Source: Paraspadella gotoi
Taxonomy: Eukaryota; Animalia; Chaetognatha
Length of the DNA: 64,000 nt
Assembly: GCA_051294375.1 (NCBI GenBank)
Contig: CM119270.1
Coordinates: 1,145,238-1,209,237, forward strand
Direction of reading: 5' to 3'
A program made the translations under genes and the position numbers. Below the pieces are notes generated by a model. It made no database searches. It was not told the origin of the DNA and saw only the letters and a program-made list of their open reading frames with translations. Position 1 is the first letter of the stretch. The number at the start of each line of letters is the position of its first letter. Below, piece by piece: positions 11,874 through 43,359 of this stretch.

Positions 11874-14800
11874 ATGGACGGGACGGGACGGCACGAAGGC
11901 CTCATCGACGCCGTGATGGACGTCCAAAGTCTCTTCCAGTCGCTCGCAAAGAAGGTCCTCGCCCACGACGGCGTCAGAGACGACGACGACGTCGCGACGA
12001 ACCTCGTGGCGTTGGACCTGCGTCTCTCGGAATTGTTGACGGTCCGTGTATTCAAAGGGCGAATTTTAAATACGATGGGAGCGCCGGCGAATAAAACGAT
12101 CCTTTATTAACGTATACTAATTATGAATTTAAATACAATAAACCGAAAAATGCCCTCTGTATACTCGGGCTTGTCCAGTCGACCATCCAACTCGCGTCGG
12201 GCGACGTCGAATTCGACTCGAATCCGCCGCTGTCTTACTCGGAGGCGCTCGGCTCCGCGGCCAGGTCGGGCGGCGCCGCAGCTGCTGGCGCTGTATACGG
12301 ATTCGCGAATGCGGCAGCAGCGTCAGGAATCGGCGTTGCTTTGAGAACGAAGAAGAAAGGTGAGGCGATCGAAAGGGTTGTCGTTTCTTTTTTATCTCTT
12401 TTTTAATTTTCGATGTTTATCATTTTATTTTATTATTTCATTTTCGTTTAGATAAAAAACAGGATGAACGCCGCTGTGGCCTTCAATTCACCGGCGGAAG
12501 CGACAGCGGGTCGAGCGGAAGCTGGTCGACTGAAGGCGGGTCGACCAGGGGCTTGTCGACTGTAGGCGGGTCGACCAGAGGCGCTGGCGGTTCGACCGGA
12601 CGCGGAGGCGACGTCGTCTCTCTCGATCCTCCTTTCTTCTTCAAATGCTCGACTTGCGGACGAGAGTTCACCAACAACTCTCACACTTGCAGGTGACTCT
12701 CACTGATGATTAAACAGAGTAATGAAGTAATAATGAACGGTAATATTTGTAAACAAATATTGATTGTTTATATTTTTAAACACTTTAACAAAAGGAAATT
12801 AAGAGCGTATGGCAACAGCCGGGTTGCCTGTGATGCCCATTGGGTTGGGGCATCTCACTGTTGGCTTTGGGAGTTTCCGACCCTCAGTGACGCACCCAGT
12901 CACTGGCGCGGTTATCCTAGGACGGTCTCGCTTTGCCAACGCAGAGGGAAGTCGTTATGACTGTGGATGGAAAACAATGCCTGGGATGGTGTGTTCCCCC
13001 TCTGAGCCAATGGTATTGGCTGAACGATCGTGGACGTGAGGTGGTGTGAATATACCACCACAGGATCCCTGGGTCAAGACATCACTTGGGTTCCTCAAGC
13101 CTGAGAGGTGTCTGACAAGACTTTCTATAGTGGGAGAGAGAGAGAGCGAGAGTTGTGGGGGCATACTCGTTTGTCGTAGCATACCCCAGGCCCAGGGACC
13201 TAGGCGTTTGTTGTAGCCTACCCTAAGTCGGCAGGGCATAGGCGTTTGTCGTAGCGTATCCTGAGAAGGTTGTTTTCAATAGTAGGGCTCACCACTTATG
13301 GCAACTGGGTTGGGGCATCTCAATGTTGGCTTTGGGTGCTTCCGACCCTCTGTGACGCGGTTACCCTAGGACGGACTCGCTTTGCCAACGCAGAGGGAAG
13401 TCGTTACGAAAAGTCCTCGGTGATTCGCACGAGTTTAGCTCCTACACAATATGTTAACAGAGAGAGAGAGAGAGAAATATAGTGATTTTGTGGAAAAGCG
13501 ATCACTCGTAGTTATTTCGCATAACTCTTATTTTTCTTGATTGCGCAGAGGCGGAGCTTCTCTTATCGTCTACTGCTATATCTGCGTCAAACGTCTCCCC
13601 AGTCACGGAGAGCATCTTTTACAGCATCGACGCGGGAAACAGCATCAGAGCAACTTGGCGGCGAAGGAGATGGAGAGACGCATGAATAAGGAAAAGGGTG
13701 GAGACGTAGGGCGCTCGGAGACGCCTCCACCGCCACGCCCACCAAAGGATGAATGGCGATCGGAGACGCCGCCAACACCACGCTTCCCGATCACAGCCTC
13801 AACTCGCGGCGCCTCTCGATCCGTCGCCGACGCCTGCGCCAAAGCGGCCGCTTCCGCACTATTAACGCCGCCATCCGTCGGACGCGGCGCCTCCCGTTCA
13901 ATCACACCCACCGCGCATCTCTGCGGCGACGCGGCGACTTCCATGCGGCATCCCTCGACTCCTTCGTCGATCGTCTCCGCTTCGGATCGATCCGACGACG
14001 CGATCGAATCGACGCCGAAGAAAAAGTCGCCTCTCGTTTGTCTTTCATCTTCGTCTCCCATCAAAACGGCGACGGCCAACTCCAACTCGTTCCTCGACGC
14101 CATGGAGAAAGCCTCTTCCAAATCTTCCTCCAAGGCATCGTCATCCAAGGCGTCGTCCGCCACTCCGCCGCCTCTAGAAGAAGAAGACGACCCTTTTCTC
14201 GGCGTTCTCCCTTCCGATTGGTCCGCCGTTCCTTTAACGTCTTCTTCCGCCGACTCCACGGATCGCCTGGTCGTTCGCGTCCACGATCTTCCCCTCGGCC
14301 TCGACGTCTCTCGCTTCCGGTCTCTCCTAGAACTCGTCTTCGGCGATTTGGGTCGCGGGGTCCAAGTCGGCGTCGATCCGGCCGCCGACGGATCCGGCGT
14401 CCTAACGCTTCCCTTCTCCGCTGCTCGGCGACTCCTTTTCCGGCGCGAGGATCTTCTCGACGCCGGACACCGCTTCCTGCTCCAGCTCGACGCGCCCTAC
14501 AAGGCTCTATACCTCCGCTTGGACCGCGTGCCCGGCGCCGTCACCGTCGAGGACCTGGAGGCGTCGTTCGCGCCGTCGACGGGCGTGGCGTGGGCATGGC
14601 GCTGCGCCGACGATTCCGTTCGCGTTTATTTTCGGAGCGCGCTGCGGCTGCGGGCGTATTTGAGCGAAAGGAGGGAGGCGGCGCTGCTGCGGCTGACGGC
14701 TGGAGGAGTCGTCACGTGGACGAGAGTCAGGCGAGTTTAATTCCTTTAATCTCCTTTGCATTTTGTCGCGTTTTAATTTGATTTTTTTTTTTTTAAATCC

Positions 14801-16841
14801 GATTACTTATCACTACAAAATTTCGTTTATTGAAAGGTTATTATCAATATTATTATTCAATGGACTTTTTGTTTGAGCGATAGTTATACTTAACTATTTA
14901 ATTTTTAATATTTACATTTACATCTTCCAGGTTTTTGGTGGAAAAGTCTCCACTCGGCGACGCGCGCTTTTCCTTCGTCGCTTTTGAGATAGAGTCCAGG
15001 TGAGATGAGCCTCGATAGTATCGATATCCTTAATTGTTTGTTTGTTTGTTAAACTTAAACCTACCTTTCTTCTCCCTCTTCTTTCCCCGCAGCAACCCTC
15101 TCGGCGATTATCGCGCCTACGTCAAATCTCAACTCGATTCCATCTCGTCCGCCATCTTCCACGCCCACTTTCCGTCGGAGGGAATCGGTTACGTCGTCTT
15201 CTCGTCCAACGTCGAACGACGACGATTTTGCGCCGAACAAGTCAGAGTCTTGTCGAAGGGCCCGGGGTAAGTTAGGACATTTCCTTACCCTTTTTTCCAT
15301 TTTTTTTTATCTTTTTCCTCTTTCTTTTTAAACTTTATTTCCCACCCCTTTTTGTCATCAGCGTCAACATTTCTCTCCGCATCGTTGGCGAGAGTCCCAT
15401 CAGCCCGCGAGCTATCAAAGCCTTCGCCCGGAAATACGAGAGCCTCGTCCCGGATCCCAACCGAGAGGACGAACCATCGGCGACGTCGACGGCGGAAAGC
15501 GGCGCCGCCAAAACCGTCGTCGAAAGCGGCGCTGATGCTTTTGGGAATTTGTCCGAGAATGTCACGAAAGATGCCACCGAGAAAAACAAAACGACCCCAA
15601 CTACAAAACCACTCAAAGCCACAACCACAACTCCCGATGCCAAACAAATATGCCCTGTCAAAGTTTCGCGTAAAAAAGACCCCATAACTTCGAATTCAAA
15701 AGCGGTGGATGTGAGAGTCGAACCCTCAGATCTTTTGCCAAGGCTCGACAAAATCGCCGAAAATATTTCCAGTTCTTCATTCAGCGCCGTCGGAAAAGAC
15801 GGACTCGGTTCCGGCCTGGCATCAGGAGATGGGTCAGGTCCGAGGAAGACCTCCAAAGCCGACATATCGGCAAGCTCCGCAGCTAGGTCCGAGGCCATAT
15901 ACAAGTCCAGATCCGAGCCCAGGTCAGAGCCCAAGTCCTCAGCTGGTTCCGTGCCCGTTAATGTTACGACTTCATCTGATAGTACTCTTTCTAGCAAGCC
16001 TTCCAGTCCAGCGAATAGTGCTAATCCGGCAATTTCTCCTCAGAAGCCATTCCGGCCCTTTTTACAGCCATTTCAACAGCCTTTACATCAACCCCTCCAA
16101 AATATGTATCAATTCGGCTTTCAGCATCGATTTCAGCAACCTTTTCCGCATTTTCCGCAGCAGTATCAGCATCAATATTCGCCCCAATTTGCGCAACATA
16201 TTCCGCTTTTGTTCGCGCAGCATTCGCCTCAGCAAGTTCGCCCGGCATTTCCACAGCAGTCGCCCCATCAATATCACCAACTCCAGCCTCATTCTCCTGC
16301 ATCGACACGAAAAGCCGACGACATGAATAACAGCATCACTTCGTCTCCCGCCTCTCCGGAACCGCCGGCCGACTCCGCCTACGAGTTACTCCTTCGCGGA
16401 GTTCCGTCCGACGTTCCCGACGAAGAGCTGGTCGACTTCCTCTCTTCCTTCTCCTCCGATTCTGTCTCCGTCAGTCGCTCGGCCCCGACAGACGCCCGTG
16501 CCACTTTCTCCACCCGTTCCGCCTTTGTTTCCGTCATGAAGGCACGCCCACTCATCCTCTGGCCCGATTCTCGCCTCGAGACGGCCGTCCCTTTATCCAC
16601 GGCGACTCGGTTCCATCGCATCTTCGCTCGACGGGCGGATCGTCGCTCTTGGTCTTCCACCGACGCCTACGACCTCAAGGAGACGCTCAAGACCATCTTT
16701 GACGACGTGCTGCTCGTTCGGCCACCGTCGAAGGGCTCTTCCGGGGAGGTGTGGTTCTTGGAGGCGGAGTCGGCGCTGGACGCGGCCAAGATGGCCGACT
16801 TGGATTGTCCCGACGCCGTCTTTTTTCTCTCCACGAGCTGA
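11874..16841 (+). CDS. Uncharacterised multi-exon protein: CxxC motif, matrin/U1-like C2H2 finger, several degenerate RRM-like segments, Q/P/F/H-rich low-complexity tract
   Basis: About 7 exons join in frame (11874-12040, 12179-12359, 12452-12692, 13549-14730, 14931-14999, 15093-15266, 15362-16841). Motifs include YCYICVKRLPSHGEHLLQHRRGKQH and RRM-like LVVRVHDLP / LLLRGVPSDVPDEELVDFLSSF. Confidence 0.65.
12808..13406. mobile_element. ~600 bp structured intronic element with ~110-150 bp terminal direct repeats (12808-12957, 13297-13406)
   Basis: The two copies share TATGGCAAC...TGGGTTGGGGCATCTCA...CTCGCTTTGCCAACGCAGAGGGAAGTCGTTA. There are many hairpins, three internal 20 bp repeats and no credible ORF. 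Confidence 0.65.
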
Positions 16842-17280
16842 TTGAGTGGGTCGAGGAGGAGGTGGAAAGAATCTGAAAGGGTTTTTAAACTTGGCCGAAC
16901 GTTTTCTCGTTGTATTCGAGACGCGACTGTCGACAGTCCCGTGTAATCGTCTTAGAATTAGTCGACCGTTTTTGTAAACCGAGGTTTTAGTTTTTTTCCC
17001 CAGTTTAGAATTGTTTTTTTGACCTTGGATTGATCAAATTTAAAATTAAAAAAAAAGATTTGACTTCGTGAGATTTAATAAGGTTTTAAAAAAACATCCC
17101 GTCGCGTAAATTGATTCGACTCCGACAAATCGTCTTTATTTTTCAAAAGATAAATCTTGTGGCAATCTCTTAATTTATTGTCTTTTTCTTTTTCCAGATT
17201 TATTTTTCAAAATAACGCGGTTTATCTTAGCCTCGCGCCAAAAGGTATAGTTGGACGTTTTTCTTGAAAGATTAAATAAA

Positions 17281-17928
17281 ATGGGGAAATTTTTGAAGCC
17301 GGGAAAAGTGATTCTGGTTCTGAACGGACGCTACGCTGGACGCAAAGCCGTCATCGTGCGAAACTACGACGAAGGCGGAAACGATCGTCAATACGGCCAC
17401 GCCCTCGTGGCGGGAATCGACAGGTGGATCGTTGTGGTAGAGGCTCATGGTCATTGGAGGACTGTGCCTAGAAACGGAGAGCTTAATACTATTCCTCTTT
17501 TTCTTCAGGTATCCGCTAAAAGTGACGAAGAAGATGGGGAAGAAGAAGATCGCGAAACGAAGCAAGATCAAGTCTTTCGTCAAAGTCGTTAACTTCAACC
17601 ACATGATGCCCACGCGTTACTCGGTCGATGTGGCCCTCGACAAGGCGCTCGTCAACAAGGTGGTGAAGGACGATGGAGTCTCACTAGAAGATATTTTGTT
17701 AAATAATTCAAGATACTTTAAATAGTATTGTTAAATTAGTTTTCGTTTAAATTCGTTTTCCGCATCGATTTAATTCATTCGCTGAATCTTATCCCCGATC
17801 TCTCGATTCAGGATTGCTTCCGCGACCCAACGTTGAGAAAGAAGGCGAAGAAGGAAGTGAAGGAAAAGCTTGAAGATCGCTACAAGCAGGGCAAGAACAA
17901 GTGGTTCTTCAGCAAGCTTCGGTTTTGA
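17281..17928 (+). CDS. RPL27: 60S ribosomal protein L27 (eL27), 3 exons (17281-17423, 17509-17659, 17812-17928)
   Basis: [26 protein letters not shown]...[40 protein letters not shown]...[12 protein letters not shown]. Confidence 0.98.
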
Positions 17929-18044
17929 ATTACGAACTCGGTTTACCAACTGTTTGTTTTGCTTAAATCTTCTATATCAAGCAAAAAACCAAGAACTTCT
18001 TTTTTTCTCTCGAATTTTTTTTTTTTGAGAGTTGGGGGTTTTAG

Positions 18045-18069
18045 TTGGCGCGAAATAAAGTTTGGCGCG
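18045..18069 (+). promoter_or_regulatory. Two TTGGCGCG (E2F-like) boxes flanking an AATAAA between RPL27 and PRPF8
   Basis: TTGGCGCGAAATAAAGTTTGGCGCG. Matches the TTTSSCGC consensus. Function untested. Confidence 0.4.
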
Positions 18070-18265
18070 AGTGTTTTTTTCGTTTTTCTGTCACTTACGA
18101 AAGTTTGTTAGCTTTAAAAAAAAGGTTGACCGCTATCTTATCAGTTTATTTCCTTGTTAGATTATTTCTTACATTCATGCGAAAAATTTAACTTCAAATA
18201 GGAAGATTTTGAAAAAAAAAAAAATTACCTCGACAACAAACACAAAATTTGAAAAAGAAATAACA

Positions 18266-38317
<20,052 letters not shown>

Positions 38318-38908
38318 ATCATTAGATCATTAGATCATTACGCGCGGATCGAGAAGATCATTACGCTTAGAGTGGAGAGGAGATCAGTTGTTGTTGTTGT
38401 TGTTATCCGTTGATTGTTAACATCGAGAGTTTTGAGTTGTTTTTTTTCTTCAAAAGTCCGCGTTGAAGGAATTTCGTTTTTGTTGAAAAGAGAGACGTTT
38501 GGATTTTTGTTCACTTTTTTGTCGTTACAAAACGTCGCGTATTCATCGTAGTTTGACGTAGTTCTACTTGACCCGATTCGAACAACCTGCGTTCGCCGTC
38601 GTCCTTTTCATTTCTCATTTTAAAAGTTTTTTTTTGTGTGTAAATAAAATAAATCATTCCATATTTTTTTGTTTCCGTTGGTGCTGGAAAGAGTTGAAAA
38701 TATTAAGTTGAACAGCGTGGTTAACCAATCAATAAAAAAATAAATCGTTCACGTCATAATAAAATGAATAAAAATGAATATCGATATTTCGCAATGTTTT
38801 ACTTAAAAAAAAAGAAAAAAAAAATTTCGTCTACGTTTTATCGTTGTAATTATTACTTCCACAGAATAAAAATCCAAAGCTCGGGAGACATTTGGAAAGA
38901 GAGAGACC

Positions 38909-40605
38909 ATGCCGCCCTCTTCCATTTTCTCCCTTTGCCTCTTTCTTATTCTCTCCCTCTTCTCCCCTTCCTTCCAAAACGACTCCCCTTCCACACCCCC
39001 TCTCGACCCCGAGGGCTATCTCCTCTTCTGCCTCTGCATGGGTCGCCTCGGCAACCAGATGGAACACTTTCTGGGAGCCTTGGACTTTGCCAAGGCCATC
39101 AATCGAACTCTCGTCCTCCCGCCCTTCGTTTCCGGCGACGGATCGCGCAAAGTCTCTTGGAAGGAGTGGTTCCGAGTCAAGCCTCTTCGCCATTTCCATC
39201 GAGTCGTCCTCGCCGAGACTTTCATGAAATCCTTGGCGCCGAGAATTTGGCCCGTCGGTCAACGCGTCGGCTTCTGTTACCGACGAGCGGCCGACGACGT
39301 CGACGAAGACGATTACCGATGCGACATCAAAGAGGGCAGCCCCTTCGGTCCCTTTTGGGATTCTCTCGGCGTGGATTTCGACTCTTATCAAGGATACTCC
39401 ATGTCCTACCGAGATTGGAATCGCTGGCGCCAACGGTTCCCCTCCGATCGATTTCCGGTGCTGGCGCTGAAGGGCGCCCCGGCGCCTTATCCGATGGACG
39501 TCGCTAATTGGGCGTTGCAGCGCCACGTGCGCTTCAGCGAAGACGTCGAGCGAAGGGCGGAGAAGTTTATCAAGGGATTCTTGCCGGCGAAGAAGTTCGT
39601 CGGGATCCATTTGAGGAACGGACGGGATTGGGAGAACGCCTGCGAATCCTTTCAAAGGATTCCGCAGATTACGACGGGTGAGAGGAACGATTAAATATCT
39701 TTTAGGGTTTTAAAGTTGGAGTGATTGACTGCCAAGAAAATGATTTTGAACACTGGTTAAAAGAAATAATTTTGATGATAATATCATAATAGTTAAGTTG
39801 GCTACGATTAAGAAATGGATCGGAAGAACGTTGAACTTTTCGAATCGGAAGAATTTAAGTTGGCCCAGAGCATCATTTTAATTTTAATTTTAATTTTATT
39901 CGTTTTAATTAACTATCATACCCGTCGCCTTTTTAAATTCCCAAGGTCGCAACTACATGGCGTCGCCGCAGTGCTACGGAGAACATCACGAGAAGGTCAC
40001 GGCGCCCTTCGCTTTCGACGTCTGCTTAAACTCGGCGCCGCAAGTGGTGGGCGCCGTGGAGCGCGCCGTCGATGCCATCGGTGCCGGCGCCGTCTACATC
40101 GCGACCGATCACAGATCTTATGAAAAGGAGATGAAGGCGGCGATGAAGAGTCGAAAGGTATTTTGTGTTTGGTGGAGTGGAGAAGGGAAATGGAAGGAGG
40201 GATAGTTATTGTTGTAACCATTTACATTACAAAAATGATATTATTAAAAATAGTAAAACCTAAAAAATTGTCCACTTGATAAAAAAAGAAAAAGTTACTA
40301 CAACATGCAAATACGATGGCCTGCGGTCGTGTTTTAGCTGTCATCGTTTTATCGTAGAATGGGAAGAGTTCTCTAGGGTTTTCAGAATGGCCTTCCGCTT
40401 TCCAAATAAATCCCCCCCCTCCCACTTGCCCACCCTCCAACAGGTCGACGTCGTCTTCCTCGATCCCGACTCTCCTCTCTACGATCTCTCGATCCTTTCC
40501 CGCGCCGATCTCTTCATCGGCAACTGCTTCTCTTCCTTCTCTTCCTTCGTTCGTCGAATCCGCGAAGTCGACGGAAAACCTTCTCGTTATTTCGGTTTCG
40601 ATTGA
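38909..40605 (+). CDS. POFUT1: Protein O-fucosyltransferase 1, 3 exons
   Basis: Signal peptide, DPEGYLLFCLCMGRLGNQMEHFLG, FVGIHLRNGRDW, MASPQC, YIATD, ADLFIGNCFSSFSSFV. Confidence 0.95.
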
Positions 40606-40970
40606 GATGGATTGAACGGACAAACGGACTCGCCTTATCCATTACCTTTGGTTACGATCGTAATCTTTAACTTAATTCGTTGTGTTATGACGTATTAGGA
40701 TAATTGTTTTTTTAAACCTTGAAGTGCCTTGTTGTTTTACTGTCATCGTTTGGGTCTTGAGCGTATTTTTAATTACCTTCTCAACATTTGTCATTAGCTC
40801 AAGTTAATAGTTAACATTCGCCTTTATTGTGTATTAATGAGTGTTATTGTTTTAATGTATCGAGTTTTTATACCCTCACACTTTTAGCCCTTTATGATTT
40901 TACATGAACCGTTTATGTTTTCAAGCATAAAAGTTTTTCTGCCCCTGAGAAACAAAAAACAAAACAAAAG

Positions 40971-43240
40971 ATGTCAGTTGTGATCGAAACGAACTTGGGC
41001 GATTTCACCATCGATCTCTACACCCAAGAAAGACCCAAAAGTTGCCTCAACTTTCTCAAACTCTGTCGAGTCAAAGCTTTTCACTTCAACCTCTTCCATC
41101 GCGTCGAGCGCAACTTCATCGCTCAATCTGGCGACCCCTCTAGCACGGGCCGCGGGGGCGAATCCATCTTCCGCCGCCTCTACGGCGACCAAGCGGCCTT
41201 CGTTGAGGCCGAGCGAGAGCCTCGCATCAAGCACTCCAAGCGCGGCGTCGTCTCCTTCGTCAACGATGGAAGCGACCGAATCGGGTCGCAGTTCTTCGTC
41301 GTCACCGGGCATGGACCACAGCCGGCGCTGGACGCTGGAGGGCCGCACGGGCATTCGGGCCACGTCGTCGTCGGGGAAGTCGTGGACGGGTTCGAGGTGT
41401 TGGACGCCATCAACGAGACCTACTGCGACGCGGAGGGAAGACCCTTCAAAGACATTCGCATCTTCCACACCGTCGTGCTGGACGATCCTTTCGAGGATCC
41501 CGAGGGGCTCGAGGTGAGGGGCGGTGGAAGGTGGGGTGAGGGAGGTAATGAAGGAACCGAAGATCTCTGCTTGTGATTGCTAACCTGCCAAGAAACACGA
41601 CTGCCATATGCAAATGAGATTAAGGCGTGATTATCTCTCTCTCCCAGATTCCCGCTTCATCCCCGCCCATCACCGCCTCGGCCCTCAAATCGGACCGCCT
41701 CGGCGTCGACGACGACCCGCTCGACGACGGCGGCCTCGACGAACAAGAGCTGGAGGAGCGCCTGGAGGAGAAGGAGGCGCGGGCGCGGGCGACGGTGCTG
41801 GAGTTGGTCGGGGATATCGATCACGTGGACGACGCTCCGCCGGAGAACGTCCTCTTCGTTTGTAAATTGAATCCAGTGACGACGGAAGAGGATTTGCAGG
41901 TCAGGGTTCGGGATGGATGAGGTTTTGGCTGGTAAGGTGGCGGGGTAAGAAATAGGTTGTTGTCGTGTTGTTGTGACCAAGTAGCTGTGGCTGGTAGGTC
42001 TTAGCCGTCATCCACCAATCAAATCATTCTTTGCTCCGCCCTTCCTTCCCCAGATCATCTTCTCCCGCTTCGGCAAGATCCTCGCCTGCGACATCATCAC
42101 CGACCGCCGCACGGGCGACTCCCTCCAGTATGCCTTCATCGAATTCGAGAATCCGAATGAGTGCGAGCGCGCCTACTTGAAGATGGACAACGTTCTCATC
42201 GACGACCGACGAATTCACGTCGACTTTAGCCAAAGCGTCGCCAAGGATCGGTGGAAGGCGTTGCAGGAGCAGAAGAGGAGGAAGAAGGAAGGAGGAGGAG
42301 GAGTTGAAGAGAGGAGTCTGAAGAGAGAGTCGGCGAGGGGTTTTGATCAAGGGCCGGTTTCCAAGGCGCCGCGACGAGACGATCGGGGGAAGGGTTCGCC
42401 GAGAGAAGATGAGAGGAAAAGGGGAGAGAGAGAGGAGGAAAGGAGAGGAGAAGAGAGGAAAGAAAATAAAAGAGATGACAGGAGCGGGGGAAGGAATGAT
42501 AGGAGCGCAGATAGTAGGAGCGGGATGAGAGATGATAGGAGCCATAGAAATAACGAAAAGAATGGAAGGAGAGATGAGGATTGGATCAAAAGGAATGAGG
42601 ATAAAAGGAGCGAATATGAGAGGAGCCGTGGAGGTGATTATAGGAGCGAACGAAGAGGAGATAATCGTAAAGAGGAACGTAGAGAGGAAGTAGAGGATCA
42701 TCGTCGGGCGGAGAGAAGAGACAGAAATCGGGAGAGAAGTAGCGATCGTGGACGGGATGGAGAGCAAAGCCGGGAGAGAGACCGGGAGCGTGGGCAGGAG
42801 CGGAAGCAGGAGAGGGAGCAGGAGCGGAAGCAGGAGAGGGAACGGGGGCGAAGCCGGGAGCAGGAGCGGNNNNNNNNNNAAGCCGGGAGCAGGAGCGGGA
42901 ACGAGAGCGTGGGCAGGAGAGAAGACGAGATCGGAGCCAGGATCGGATCCACTTGTCCCGCGCGGAAGCCGATCGGGAGAGACGATTCGATTCGAGTCGC
43001 GATCGAAGACACGACGATCGAAAGGGAGATCGAGACCAGACAATCCACGGAAGAGGAGGAGGAGCAGATGATAATCGCGAAAGAAGGAGAAAAGATCTTG
43101 ACTCTGAATCTGATCGATCCTCTTCGGAAGAGAAGGAGAAAAAGAAAAAAAAGAAAGAAAAGAAAGAGAAAAAAGAAAAGAAGAAGAAAAGTAAAAAATG
43201 CAAGAAGCGAAAATCCGACGACGACAGCGATTCCTACTAA
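40971..43240 (+). CDS. PPIL4: Cyclophilin-RRM protein PPIL4 with long R/E/D/K-rich tail (N gap at 42870-42879 shifts the frame)
   Basis: [63 protein letters not shown]. After the gap the ORF 42953-43240 frame carries the plausible C-terminus. Confidence 0.95.
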
Positions 43241-43359
43241 AATATTTTGAAATGTTATTTTTGATTATTGTTCGTTATTTTACTTTATCTCATTGCATCT
43301 TTTGTGATCGGATTAGTGCGATAAGAGATTTCCCCACAAAAAAAAACAAAAAAAACATC

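Noticed and set aside
12700-12720. CTGATGA (hammerhead core or snoRNA box-like); also CTGAAGA at ~48977
   Set aside because: No matching GAAA core or flanking stems found
13168-13263. Three 20 bp repeats with 17-18 nt spacers, CRISPR-like in appearance
   Set aside because: Eukaryotic intron, too short, no cas genes; part of the structured repeat element
17424-17811. Intronic snoRNAs in RPL27
   Set aside because: No convincing C/D or H/ACA box arrangement visible
42870-42879. Frameshift in the PPIL4 tail
   Set aside because: Coincides with a 10-N scaffold gap in a repeat tract; artefact
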